Origin: Camelus dromedarius
Lineage: Eukaryota
DNA: 64,000 nt
Direction of reading: 5' to 3'
Assembly (NCBI RefSeq): GCF_036321535.1
Contig: NC_087467.1
Span: forward strand, 2,418,001 to 2,482,000
Shown piece by piece: positions 12,640 through 25,514 of the stretch (position 1 is the stretch's first letter; each line of letters opens with the position of its first letter). Both the position numbers and the translations under genes were made by a program. Below the pieces are notes generated by a model, which saw only the letters and a list, made by a program, of their open reading frames with translations, did no database searches and was not told where the DNA came from.

Positions 12640-12832
12640 GCTGCGATCCTCAAATATAACACGCATTAGAATCACCTGGCAGGTCCGTGAACCACAGAAA
12701 GATGGGCCACAGCCCTGGAGTCTTGGATTCTGTAAGTCTGGGCTGGGGCCTGGGGATCAGCGTTTTGAACAAGGTCCCCTGGATGATGCTGATGCTTCTG
12801 TTAAAGGGACTCCACTTTGGACCAAAATTCAT
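12640..12832 (-). mobile_element. MER5A-like hAT MITE
   Basis: GCATTAGAATCACCTGG ... GATGATGCTGATGCT ... CCACTTTGGA. Confidence 0.65.
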
Positions 12833-13390
12833 CTGTGACCATCCCTCCCATATGATGGAAGTCATGAAGTGTCCATTAAATATTCACTGACCACTTAGTA
12901 ACTCCAAAGCAGAGGTGGTCCAGTGTGTTTTCTGTTCTTAATGGCCTCATAATCTATTTGAGAAGACACATGTTTTTAAATGTAGTTTTTTTTTAAAAAT
13001 CAGAAATTAAATTGCATGGTGCACGTACTTTTGCTATAAATAAGAGCATGGGGTTCTCAGAGGCCAGGAATCAGAGTGGAGACAGCACCTTAGTAATAAA
13101 TGGAGACCAACTGGGCATTCTCACTGCCCGGCAAAGCCTCCGAATGAATGAGTGAGTGAATTTCCTGGCGGATGAGGGCAAACACCTGCTGGTCCCAGCT
13201 TGCTCATGCCTGTGGTTAGGAGGGGAAAATATGTGAGCATGGAGGTCAGCAGAACTCAACACAGAAGGGTCACCTGTTGTTTCAGTCTTCAACTGTAACA
13301 GGCAAGCAACAGTTTCCCAGAAAAGAACATTAAAAGGAAAAGAGCATGGGTGGTTATTTATTTATTTCCAGAATACTAGAAATGAAAGAA

Positions 13391-13510
13391 ACCTTAGAGA
13401 TGAGCTAGGCTAACAACTTCCTCTTGCAGATTAGGAAAACAGAGATCCAAGGAAGTGAATGACTTGTCAAAGGTGGTGCAACTCATCCGTGGTCCGAGTT
13501 GGGTTCTGAC
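13391..13510 (-). mobile_element. MIR fragment
   Basis: CAGATTAGGAAAACAGAGATCCAAGGAAGTGAATGACTTGTCAAAGG matches the antisense MIR core. Confidence 0.6.
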
Positions 13511-14860
13511 CAATCCCTGGAGTCTCGAAACCAACTCTCTTCCAGCTGTTGTGTGAGTCTCATTCACTTACAACTGAGAAGAAAATGAGGGGCTTTGTAG
13601 AGCCGAACAATGAACTGTTCTGTTTACATAATTATGCTTAACTATAATTCTTTCAAACACCTTTTGGAAGAGCTCAACTGAGAAAGGCGCTGTTGGTCGG
13701 CTGCTTTTGATGTTGGACATGGACTCAGGAGGCTCAAAGCACAAACTTCATGCTGAAGGCTCCTGGAGCTATTACCTGGCATGTTCGAGCAGAAGAATAC
13801 TCTGGGTCGCCAAGGCTCTCTGCGTGTTTATAGCTCCATCTCCCGCGGACCGAGTCCTTGTAAATGTCACAGGAGATCATAATTGCAACGGAAAAGAAAG
13901 AGAATGTTCGGAGCTTATGAGAAAAGACCGAACCGTTCCCAATCGCAGGACTGGAGAGGTCAAGAAAACATCCCTAAGGGCAAGAGAGGTGAAATTTCCA
14001 CACAGTCAAGAAATTAATGCTGACACCTAGTCAGCTAAGTAAAGTGCAGAGCGGAAAGAGCTGGTCTGGCTGCTCTTCGGCGTATGGATAGAGCTGTGTG
14101 TGTCCAGCCCAAAGAGAATCAAGTGTAAAGATAATCTTGTCACTGTAAATAAAAATCACCCTGGTGCCCAGGGGACCCAGAGCTCATTCCAGTCTGGTTG
14201 GTCCCAGCCAGCCCATCACTGTGCCGTTACTGATGGTAATACAGGAAGAGGGTCATTCTCGCTGTGGAACGGGAGGAGGTGGCTGGGCCACGAATGTCCA
14301 GTTACATTGACGAACATGAAATTTGGCTCTGTGAGGGCATTTCTTCCCATGTGCGGAATCTGACTTTAGAGGGTAAAATAAAAGATGATGAAATTTTTTT
14401 CTTCAGCACCATTTTTCTTTGGCTATGGTTGTAGGAAGACGTGTGACAGAAACATAAGAATTCTGGTTTATCATGCAGCCCATATGCACTAAATCCGAGT
14501 GTTCATCACAAAGCTGAAATTCTGAAAGGACTGAAGGTCACTTTTATTGCTGTCTTTTGGGGAGGTTACACTCTCACATGGAATAATTCAGAATGTGTTT
14601 ACCCAAATTTGGGTGGCTTTTGGAAGCCTGGGTGAAGAACTGCCCAGCTGGGCTCCAAAGAAGGGAAAATCTCTGAAAAGTGTAAGCCTGGACCACACGA
14701 TCAACGTCCTCTTTCAAGTGTCCTCAGAGTATTTCCCTCACTAGGTAAGCAACTCCGCCCCTTGGTGAGAGTTATTTCAAAACCAGTGTGACATCTCTGA
14801 GGTCCGGTAACAATGCTGGGCTGGGGAAAGAAAAAAACAGAAAACAAAACAACCAAACTG

Positions 14861-15398
14861 TGTGGTGCGCAGAATAATGGCCTTTATAGATGTTCATATA
14901 TCTTATTTCTTTTAACAAACATTAATCTATTAAAAGGCAGTAAAGAAAACTAGTGAATTCCTGGAATATTTGGCTCTATTACAAAGACAAAATTGATTTT
15001 GGTCTTTGTAGACATGATTAAATTAAGGGTCTTGAGACAAGGAGATTATGCTGGATTATCTGATGGACACACTTAAAAGGATTCTTATAAAGGAAAGAGG
15101 GAAGTGGGAGAGCCTGAGAAGACGTGATGCTGGAAGCAGAGGTTGGATGGACGTGATCATCGTCTTTGAAGATGGAAGAGGACTACNNNNNNNNNNNNNN
15201 NNNNNNNNNNNNNNNNNNNNNNNNNNNNNNNNNNNNNNNNNNNNNNNNNNNNNNNNNNNNNNNNNNNNNNNNNNNNNNNNNNNNNNNNNNNNNNNNNNNN
15301 NNNNNNNNNNNNNNNNNAACTGTAAAATAATGAATCCGTAATGTTTCAGCTACTACATTTGAGGTACTTCGTTAGAGAAGCCGTGGGAAACTAATACA
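14861..15398 (+). mobile_element. MLT1D-like MaLR solo LTR (contains N-run 15187-15317 and a ~50-bp AT-rich insert near 14905-14957)
   Basis: Starts TGTGGTGCGCAGAATAATGGCC, internal AAGGGTCTTGAGACAAGGAGATTATGCTGGATTATC, ends GGAAACTAATACA. Confidence 0.85.
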
Positions 15399-15601
15399 CA
15401 AATGCTTGTGGAAGGAATGTGTGTCTAAACTTGTGGCATCACTTTGTCGCCATTTCACATAATCTCACCTAAGGTAATCCTAAAACTTTATGTTAATGCC
15501 TCCCTAAAAACTCGTTTCTCTCCAGTGGACCCAAAAAAAGAAAGCAAGAGTAGGGGAAAGGTTGGCTCATTCATTCCTTTGACTCTATTAAAAGTTGGCA
15601 A

Positions 15602-16330
15602 GGTGTATGTATGACTGAAGCATTGCGTACCAGAAATCGACACATTGTAACTAACTTTAAGACAGGAGGGAAAGGGGGCAGGGCACAGCCATTCAAGGAA
15701 GGGAGAAGCAGCAGTTAACACCGAAGTGGTAGAAGATTCAACCCCCAGGAGACCTTGAGGCTCAAGACGGCGGGAGATCTGACTCCCAGTAGCCCTTGAG
15801 CTTCATCGTGCACTCATTGTAATACATTAGCATGATAAATAACATGCCCACAGGAGCCCTGACAGCTTCCAGGCTGACCATAAAAGTCAAAGAGTGGATG
15901 ATGGTCCAGTTCCTGGGAATCCCAGCCCCTTCCCCATGGTAGTTGGAGTGGTCCTCCCGCTTGTTGGTGTGTGAAGCTGCCAATCACATAAAAACTGGCA
16001 ACCCCACACCTCTCTAGCTCCCTTGGTCTTCAGAAACAGTCCACACTCTGTTTATGGAGTGTGTACCTACTTTTACTTTAACCTGAGCACGTAACCCCCA
16101 CACCTCGTGGCCTTTCTCTTGCCTTCTGAAAATAGCCTGTGTATCTCTCTGAATAAACCTACCTTTACTCAGCTGTGGCTCCCTCTTGAATTCTTTCCTG
16201 TGCCAAGCCAAGGACCCACACTGGGCGGGGCACGTCCCAGGGGCTCCACCATGACCTGGGAAATGGCCCTTCTCAAGCCCCACGTTCATTTTTCCCGTAT
16301 CAACTCTACTTCAATAACAAAAACAGCAAC
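15602..16330 (+). mobile_element. Young L1 3' terminus, split by an LTR insertion
   Basis: GTATGACTGAAGCATTG...CCAGAAATCGACACATTGTAACTAACT before the LTR and ACTCTACTTCAATAAC plus an A-rich tail after it. TSD AAAAGTTGGCAA (15590-15601) / AAAAGTTGACAA (16331-16342). Confidence 0.8.
15658..16302 (+). mobile_element. ERV1-type solo LTR, copy A (645 bp)
   Basis: TAAGACAGG...GTATCA ends, CATAAAAA box, AATAAA at 16152, 4-bp TSD ACTT/ACTC, no primer-binding site after it. Homologous along its length to 57301-57934. Confidence 0.85.
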
Positions 16331-16498
16331 AAAAGTTGACAAAAGATAAGTCATCCCACTGATGAAGTAGCTACAGATGGGTGTATCTGGAAAGGTAATG
16401 AACCTGACTCTGTGGGCTGAGGAAATGTGAGACAGCTGTTCAGCAACAGCTTAAAGAAAAGCACATATGACCACTGCTTAGAAAGGAACATGAGCTCG

Positions 16499-16520
16499 CA
16501 CACACACACACACACACACA
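16499..16520. repeat. (CA)11 microsatellite
   Basis: Directly visible. Confidence 0.9.
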
Positions 16521-17630
16521 GATTCACTGCGTACTTTAATGTTTACAGAACCTCATCTACAGCACCTCATTTGAGCATCATCACCACCCTATCATGTGGA
16601 TGCTCTTGTCTCCACAGTAGAGATGAAGAAATGGGATTAGAGCTTTTGGAATGCCTTGAACACAGCCTCTCAGCCACTCAGAGCTGGGGGTGGGTTGGAT
16701 ATGGGGTCAAAGCTCTCTTCCCTTTACCACACTGCCTCAGGGTCTTCTGATGCCTCATACAGTGGACTCTGAATGGCTCATAATAAACACTCAGTAAGTA
16801 CTTCCAGATAGGACTAGATTAATACCCCTTTTCAGAAGCCGTAGAGTCATGTCTTCCTAGAAGAATTTTAGGCATTTATATTATTTGTAAAAAGAGCAGA
16901 AAGGAACCTCCAAGATGAGAATGACTTTTGGAACTTCTATGCTCCAATGAAGATGTCTTTATAATTGCAAAGAGCAAATCATTGCTTTTCCCTTCCCTGG
17001 CTCGTGCAGACCAACCTCAAATCACAGCCCCCTTCCCACTCTATAGCCCCGTCCCCACCCTACAGCCCCCTCCCCACCTTCCCCGGCTCCTCAACCAATT
17101 GCAGACTAATCGTATTATCCTGGTGCAAGGAAACCTTCTGATTCTGTGTGTGGAAGCAGAGGCAATTTCACACCCCTCTCAAGGACTCCCATGGGCTCCG
17201 ATCCACCTCCCTTTCCACACAGGCCATTTGAGGATTCTCCCATGCCTCTCACAGCCCCACAGCACCAAACACGGGTACCGTACTGCAGCCATCGTGATGG
17301 GTGCTCAGCTCTCGGTGACTGCCACCTGGCAGTAGCAGCTGGGAGCCAGTTTTGCACATCTTGTGAGGTTCAATGACAAAACACAACAAAACCACAACAC
17401 ACCACATTCTCCAGCTGAGAGCAGGGACCTGACCCTAATCGGCAGTTCCTGTTTCCTGTCATGGAGAATGTCACCACCAAGGCTGCGACTTAGCCCAGTG
17501 AGCTGTGTCTCATTTCATCTGTCAATCTAATCACGAGAGAAAGAGTATAATGTGTTGTTTTGCGGGATGTGAAGGTCTTCATTTACTTACTTAATTGCTG
17601 TTTATTTGTTGAGAAGCAATTGAGGAAACT

Positions 17631-17842
17631 AGTTCAGACTTGGGCTGACGACTTTGTTCTGTTATCAAAAGCTGTGTGACTTTAAGTTTTTAACTTAAAT
17701 GTTACATCCCAGTTACTTCATCCATAGAATGGAGATAATTATGTCCAAAATCTCATCGAGTGGCAGTGAGGCTAAAATGAGCTTTTACATGTCAAGTGTT
17801 TAGAACAGAGTCAGGCACATAGTAAGTGCTCAGTAAATGCAA
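17631..17842 (+). mobile_element. MIR
   Basis: AGCTGTGTGACTT ... CATCCATAGAATGGAGATAAT ... TTAGAACAGAGTCAGGCACATAGTAAGTGCTCAGTAAAT. Confidence 0.8.
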
Positions 17843-18209
17843 GCCATAAACGACACTTTTTACTGGAGCTCCATGAAGTGCACAAGTCCCTACTGGGAAC
17901 TCAAGGGAAATAAATAAAAGAGACAAGAAACTGACATCTCAGTGCTTCTCCTCTGCATACACAACTTCTTTGAATGGCTTGCCATTGACCCTTACATTTA
18001 TTCTAAACCCCTGGAACCCAGGCTTCATCTCCCAGGATTCTTCTGGAACCTCATGCTCTACTCAAATTAGACAAATCTACATGCTTGATAACGCACCTTT
18101 CTTATTTCTAGAGCTCTGTACATGCAGTTTGCTTTAATGGAAAAGTATCCACTAACTTCTCCCATTGAAATATGACCAGACTGTGTGGTCCATTTCAAAA
18201 ACTACTTCC

Positions 18210-18413
18210 GGTTAACCATTACATATAAAAATAAATTTAAAAAACCCACATATTTCTTCTGTATGGCACAGGGAACAATATTCAATATACAGTAATAACC
18301 TTTAATGAAAAAGAATAGAAAACAAATATATGTATACATATGTGTGACTGGGACATTATGCTGTACACTGAACATTGATACATTGTAACTGACTGTACTT
18401 CAATTTAAAAAAA
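18210..18413 (+). mobile_element. 5'-truncated young L1 3' end with TSD
   Basis: TTCTTCTGTATGGCACAGGGAAC ... CATTGTAACTGACTGTACTTCAATT plus A tail. TSD CAAAAACTACTTCC (18196-18209) / CAAAAACTGCTTCC (18414-18427). Confidence 0.9.
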
Positions 18414-19932
18414 CAAAAACTGCTTCCTCCGTGAAGCACTTCTGGACATTTCCCCCTATGAGCCCTCAGAATTAATCTCCCCCCTTTTCAGACTCCCTTG
18501 GCGTTTTTTCTTTGCCTCCTTGTGGTATGTGTCACTTTCTATTTGGAAGTCAGGGTTTTGAGTCCTTGGTTTATCTCTGCCCCTGGTTTACAAGCTGCTT
18601 AGGGGAAAGTCTATGACTAATTTTTCTTTATAGCTCCCATAGCATCTAATTCATGGCCTGGTACATCATAGGTGCTCAATAAATATTTAATGAGTAAGTA
18701 TTTGTTGAAATGATGAGTGGTGGAAATATTTGTGTTGCCAAGCTCCCTCTCCATATGTGAGCACGTGCGCACTAACTCTAAATGATGTGATGGATTTTTG
18801 GTGTATGTTGTATGTAAATCACACAAATGCGTGCACACACACACATACACACACCCCTCCATGGACAGACTATATTTGAACAATGGCTACACACCACCTG
18901 CATAACTATATTTGCATAACATAGAAACAATGTTAATGGTTTGCTAGCGTCTTCAGCTCCGACCAGCCTCTTGGTGGACTATACCTGTTCAAATGGTCAT
19001 GGTTCTTACAGCTGGGGGAATAGAGATTTGTGCAGGTGAAGAGATCTCTCTGTGACTGAAGCCCACCAGGTTCTATGGATCTATATCTCTTCCAGAAAGT
19101 AGGAAAGGGGAAAAATAATCCAACTTGGAAAACCTGAAGTGTGAAAAGTGGGGAAAAGAAGAAGATAAATCCGTCCGTGGTGTAAATCAACAGATAAATT
19201 AAAAGCAATGACTAGATCGACAAGGGGCAGTGAAGTTGGTAGTCTGTGAGGGTCCCCAGCCTATGCCAGGTGCCTGAGTTATTTTGTTTTGTTTATTCTT
19301 CAACCATCGTCAAGGTGCCAGCTTCTCCTCCTCCGTGGAAATAATTTCGGAAGATGAAATCTGTCCCCAAGCCCTGTTTCTGACACAGTTACCATAGAGT
19401 AATCAGCAAATACTGCAGTCTTTTGCAGCAACTTGGAGTATTACTCATGTCACCGTAATGTCTCCACTTAGCCAGGATGGCAATTCATTTTAATACTTTT
19501 GTCCGAAAAGAAAAATGATTTTGATTTTTCTGATCACACATGAGTTCCACTACCTATCAATTTATTTTTAAGTTTTATGTTTGTAGTCCTGATTTAAGCG
19601 CAAACATAAAATCAAAGAAAGAAAAAAAAATATCCAAGCAAAAGAGCAAAGTGGCAGATAGAGGCAGAAATAAAAAGTTCACAGCTGAAACAGCTTATTT
19701 TAGAGTTGGAGTGAATGCTCGGGTACTATAGTGAATGATTAAATGCTAACACTTGTACTGATGGCTTTATGATTACTCCCACGTTCTTTCATTCTGTTTT
19801 TATTGTTATTGCTGTTATTGGATTCTCCCTCCCTCTCTTTAGTATAGGGTAGAAACTTATGAAGATGAAATAAAATAAATCTGGAGGAAGGCAGCTCAGA
19901 ACTGGACTGGTGGGTCCGTGAAGTTGACAGAG

Positions 19933-20020
19933 CCTTCCAGGTCATCACTCCGCCTTCCAAGTCATCACTCCGCCTTCCAAGTCATCATTCCGCCTTCCAA
20001 GTCATCACTCCGCTTTCCAG
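19933..20020. repeat. 20-bp minisatellite, 4.4 copies (CCTTCCAAGTCATCACTCCG)
   Basis: Units start at 19933, 19953, 19973, 19993 and 20013 (partial), each with at most one substitution. Confidence 0.95.
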
Positions 20021-20877
20021 AGAGACCAAAGAAGGACCTCGTGGGCTCTCATGATTGGATCAGTTTGCCCTCATCTTTGCAGATAATTATTTCACTCATT
20101 CCCCATTACTTTGTCGAATCGACCCTTTGATCATTATGGCATATTCCTCTACTGCTAATGGTAATTTGGGCTGCAAGTCTACTTTGACTGATATTAATGT
20201 AACAAAATTTGTTTTCTTATGCTTATTGTTTCATGGTTTATCTTTTGTCCATCCTTTTACTTTCAGCCTCTCTGGGCTTTTTATTTTAAGTGCACCTTTT
20301 CTAGACGGTACATGCGTGGCCATGCTTTGTTTACTTAGTCTGACGATCGCAACCTTTTCAATCGAGCGTTTAAGTTCTTAGACTTGCTAACATATTTTAT
20401 TAAACACTGAGTAAACAAAAAGGGCTACTTATAAAATATGCCTACAGTACAAATATGCCTACAGTTCATTTAAAAATGAAAACATCACAATTAAATTCGA
20501 GACATTCTGTGTGCCCCGCCTTCGTCCCCTTCCCTTCCCACCTGCCCCAAAACCATTCATCTGAATCGTGTGCTTATTTCTCTCGTGTTTCTCTTTATTG
20601 TTTTATAATAATTGTAGATACTACTGAACAATGTATTGTTTAGTTTTCTATATTTTTTATTTTTTAACTGTAATAATATTGTTTATACTTCTATGATTTG
20701 CTGTTTTTACTCATGTGTTCAGAAGTTTCATACATGTTTTTGCATGTATCTTTAGGGTTAGGAAATGTTTTTTCCCATGTGTTAATCAATATAATAAAAA
20801 TGTTTTTCTACTTTACTGTTGGGGCACTTCTGTTGCTTAGATTTTTACTTTTGCAAGCAGTGTTCCTATAAGCATTT

Positions 20878-22110
20878 AAAAAATTTTATTGCAATATAAT
20901 TGACATAAAATAAATATTCATTGTGCACATTTAAAGTATGCAATTTGATATTTTTTGATATAACTATACATCCATAAAAACATCATCACAATCAAGATTA
21001 GGAAGTACCATGCTCTAAAGTTTTCTTGTGCCCCTTGGCAGTCCTTCCCTGTAACATCCCTATTACCAGGCAAGCTCTGGTATGATCTCTGTCACTATAG
21101 ATTAGTTGGAATTTTCTAGAATTTTGTATAAATGGGATCATACAGTACATATTCTTTTGTATCAATACTTTATTCCTTTTTTATTGCCGAGTAGTGTTCC
21201 ATTAGTATAAGTCACAATTTGTTTACCTACTCATCTTTGATGGACATTTGAGTCATTTCCAGTTTGGGTTATCACACATAAAACTATGCACACGTGTGTG
21301 CAAGTCTTTCTATGAACATGTGTGTTCATTTTCTCTTGCGGTAAATACCTAGAAGTGAAATGATGGGGTCATATGATGGTGTATGTTTAACTTCTTAATG
21401 GCCAAACTCTTTCCAAGACAGTTGTATCATTTTACATTCTCATCAGAAGTATTTTGCAGTTGCTCTGCACTTTTGCTATGGGAAATATTTCTAATCACAA
21501 ACATTCTAATAGAGATGAAGTGCTATCTCATGGCAGTTTGAATTTGTGTTTCCCTAATAACTAACATTGCTGAGTATCATTTCATATGATTTTATTTTTT
21601 GCCATCAATATATCTTTGGTGAAATATTTGTTGAAATCATCGACCCCCTCCTTTTATTGGGTTGTATTTCTTATCATTGAATTTCGAGAGTTCTTTTAGC
21701 ATTCTGGATTTAAATCTTTTATCAGATTTGTGATGGCAAATATTCTCTGCCAGTTTGTAGCTTGTCTTTTCATTTTCTTAATAGAATCTTTCAAAAAGGA
21801 GAAGTTCTGAATTTTGATAAAGTCAAACTAATCCATTTTTTCCCCTTTCTTTAATAAATAGTGTATTTGGTGTTGTAAACAAAGAAATCGTTGTTTAAAC
21901 TAAGGTCACATAGATTTTTTTCTTAAGCTTTCTTGTAGATGTTTTATAGTTTTAGGTTTTATATTTAGGTTCATGATTTATTAGGTCCATGATTCATTTC
22001 CAGTTAATTTTTGTACATGGTGTGAGATTCCTTATTTATTTATCATTTATTATTTATTATTTATTTTTAATTTTTTGCCCATGGATATCCAATTGTCTCA
22101 ATCATTTGTT
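20878..22110 (-). mobile_element. L1M (MC/MD-like) 3' region, antisense
   Basis: TTTTATTGCAATATAATTGACAT ... CACTATAGATTAGTTGGAATTTTCTAGAATTTTGTATAAATGGGATCATACAGTA ... TGGACATTTGAGTCATTTCCAGTTTGGG. Confidence 0.8.
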
Positions 22111-22159
22111 AAGTTTCCCTGGAAGCGTCTTTGAGACTGTCAAGAATTGGTTCAACATG

Positions 22160-24600
22160 CGTGAGAGAGACTAACCCACTACACTCCACGTAACCACTGC
22201 TCTGATTTGACTGTTTTCTATCTGTTCAATGCATTGTGTTTTTTCTTTGATTCCTTCTTTCCTGCCTTGTTTTAAGCCAATAGAATATAATTGTTGTACT
22301 TCTTCTCAAGTTATTTATTTGCTTTTTAGCTATACCTCTTTGCATATCTTTTTAAATGATTGATGGGGATTACATTATGTTTCCTTAATTTGTCGCAGTC
22401 TACTTAGAATTAATTTTGTACCACTTGAAGTAAAATGTAGGAATCTTAAAGTAGTACTGTTTTATTTAGTCCCTTCCCCCACCCCATGCTTCGCGGTATT
22501 ACTGTCAAATATTTCACATCGACATGCATTCTAAACCTCACAGTGAAACACTATTACTTTCATTGTAAACAGTCAGTTATCCTTTAAATTGAGGACAGAA
22601 AAATTGATAACATTTTATATTTACCCACATATTTACCATTTCCACTCTATTCTGTAAATCTGTTTCCATCTGATGTCAATTGCCTTCAGGATGAATAACT
22701 CTTTTGCATTTCTTGTTGTGCAGGTGTGCTGACAACAAGTTCTTTTAGCTTTTACATACCTGAAGATGTCTCTATTTCATCCGTATTTTTAATAGATATT
22801 TTCAGTGAGAATACAATTCTAGGTGGATTTTTCTGTTTTGTTTTTAAAGCACTTTAAAGACATCATTTTATTATCATCTGGGTTTCATTCTTTTTGGTAG
22901 TAAGTTAGCCATCATTTTGTAGGTATGCAATGCACCTTTTTTAATTGGCTGTTTTGATCATTTTCAGCTTCCAGCCGTTGGACTCCGATGTGCCTAGATG
23001 CCATTCTCTTTATATTTATTCTGCATGACATTCACATAGATTCTTACAACAGTAAGTTGATGTGTTTCACCAATTTTGCTGTTATTTCTTCAAATACTTT
23101 TCGGCTCCATTCTCTGTTTCTCTGTTTTTCAGTGCCTTCGGTTATAAATAAGTTCGATCTCTTGATACTGACACAGATTTCTGATACTCTTTTCATTTGA
23201 AAATATTTTTGTCTCTGATGTTCAGATGTTTAAACTTTTCAAATTGTTAGTGTTTTAAATTGAAGTATACTTGGTTTACAATATTTGATTTTTAGGTTTG
23301 ATAATTTCTGTTGGTCTTTCTTCAGGTTTTCTAATTCTTTGCTTTGCATGCCTCCAATGCACTGTTAAACCCATCCAGTGACGCTATCATTTGATAATTG
23401 TATTTACCAGTTCCAGAATCACCATTTTATTTTCCATTCCCCATTTATTCCCTTTAGATGACTATCTTTTCTTTTAATTCCTTAAACATGTTTACAATAG
23501 CTGCTTCCCTCCCCCAGCTTTATTGAGGTATAATTGACAAATACATTTATGAGATGTTTGAAGTGTACATGTGATGATTTGATGGATGCATAGATTGTGA
23601 AATTACCCACCACCTCATCAAGTTAATTAATACATCCATCACTTCACCTACTTACTTCTTTTGGTAAGAATATTTAAGTTCTACTCTCTTAAAGTTCAAT
23701 TAAACAGCACAATGTAATCAACTGTAGTCACCATGGTACATCTTAGATCCTCAAAACTTGCTCATCTTATAACTAAAGTTTGGTACCTTTTACCAATCTT
23801 GTAGCTGCCTTTAAATTCCTTCTCTACTAATTCCACTATGTGTGTTGTCTTGGGGTCTATTTCTACTCATTTTTTTTCTTAATTATAGGTTTCACTTTTC
23901 TGCTTCTTTGTCCATCTAAAAATGTTTCAGTTTTCTGCTAGATGTAAGGAGTGAGAACTTGTTGGGAATCTGAGTTATGTTGTTTGACTCCCAAGAGTGT
24001 TGATGTTTTTTTCAAGTGGGCAGTCCCTCATGAATACTTTTGATTCTGTCAGGTTTGACTTTCTTCTTTGTTAAGGCTCATCTTTTTTTTGACCTCACTT
24101 CTATGGTGTTGCCCTTACCTTAGATCATGTTTCTTACTCCTAAAGCATGGTCTTTCTAGGGTTTTAACTGAATGTCTGAGGCGCTTAGTGAGGTCTTGTA
24201 ATTGGACCTCCAACACCTCTCAGCTCGGTGTGACGTGTGATGTCTCCACTTAGTTCCCAGCCCCATAGCAGGTGATTTCTGCTATGAGGTACTTTGCAAA
24301 GTCTTGTCCTAGGCACACGACCTTACCCAGCCAGGGACCTGTGGAGAACTCCATTCAGAGTCTGGGGGCTTCCTCTCTTCTCAGCTACATCTTCTCTAGC
24401 AATGAGCCCAGTAAATCCTGGGTCCTTTCAAAGCCCTGAACTGTCTTCTTAGCTTAGCAAGATGGCCACCTTGCTTGAGCTCTTCCTTCTCACACTGCAG
24501 CAGAGAACGTACTCACAGTTCCAGAACGCTGGCGAACGTAGGGCTCATCTCATAAGGAGACGACTCATCATGAGATGATGTAGGACTCTTTCTCTGACAG
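22160..24600 (-). mobile_element. Degenerate old L1M body fragments (antisense)
   Basis: T-rich degenerate L1 sequence (e.g. CCTGAAGATGTCTCTATTTCATCCGTATTTT, GTGAGAATACAATTCTAGGTGGA). Boundaries are approximate. Confidence 0.55.
23515..23780 (-). mobile_element. L1MA-type 3' end nested in older L1
   Basis: CAGCTTTATTGAGGTATAATTGACAAATA ... ACTGTAGTCACCATGGTACATCTTAGATCCTCAAAACTTGCTCATCTTATAACT. Confidence 0.8.
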
Positions 24601-25430
24601 GTCACCATCTGCCTTCTCTTTTATCCATCACTTGAAGACAGTGGACTTACCTATTTTGACCAGCTTTATAATAGCTTATGACAGGCAGACATACTCTCAT
24701 TTTTAAGGTACATTTAGCTGAAGGCTAGAAAAAACACTGTAGTAAATTATATTTAAGGATTTTGGAGTGGGAGATAGTTTATTGTAGAAATTTCTTTGCA
24801 TACAATTAAGAAGATGATTGTTTAAGGGTGGCTGCTGGCATAAAAATGTTACAAATAATTAAATGATAACTACCCATGACTATTTGGCTGTGAAATTCTA
24901 AAAGGGGGAAAGGGTGGAAAAACTAGGGGTGGGTGATTCGTATAATTATGGCTTTAGTAATGAGATGGGGTGACAGTGCAGAAAGGAAACAACAGGAGTC
25001 AGGAAACCTGGCTTGTAGTCCCTGTTGACCTAATAACTTGGAGTGGGGCAATTAACTTCCCTAAGTCTTGTTCACCAACACTCAGGTGGGTGGAGTCATA
25101 CTTACATATATGCCATCAAGGATTGTACAAGAGTCAGATGAGGTGTGGAACGTGGATATAGTGCAATTCTGAAGTTGTACAAAGGTAAATTCCTGCCTTT
25201 ATTATTAATAACCTCTGCCGAAGTTACCACCCCTCGATTTTTCCACTGGTTTCACTTCCATATGGATATTATCGCTACTATATGGATTATTAAAGGATTA
25301 GGAATAGTTTGCCTTTCAGAGCCCTAGGAATACACAGAGTTCTTGTTATAAATGGAAGACTGTTTAGGGTTATTTGTTTGAACTTTGTTTTGGACCACTT
25401 TTGACTTTTTTGGAGGAATTTATTTTTGTA

Positions 25431-25514
25431 TATCTGTCTATCTATCATCTATCCTATCTATCTATTTATCTATTTATTTACCTATTTATCTGTCTATCTA
25501 TCTATCTCTCTATC
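25431..25514. repeat. Compound (TATC)n/(TATT)n microsatellite
   Basis: Directly visible. Confidence 0.85.

Noticed and set aside
19933-20020. Regular direct repeats as a possible CRISPR array
   Set aside because: The units are contiguous with no unique spacers, and the context is mammalian.
20434-20467. 17-bp tandem duplication AAATATGCCTACAGT(A/T)C
   Set aside because: An ordinary slippage duplication at the edge of degenerate L1 sequence.
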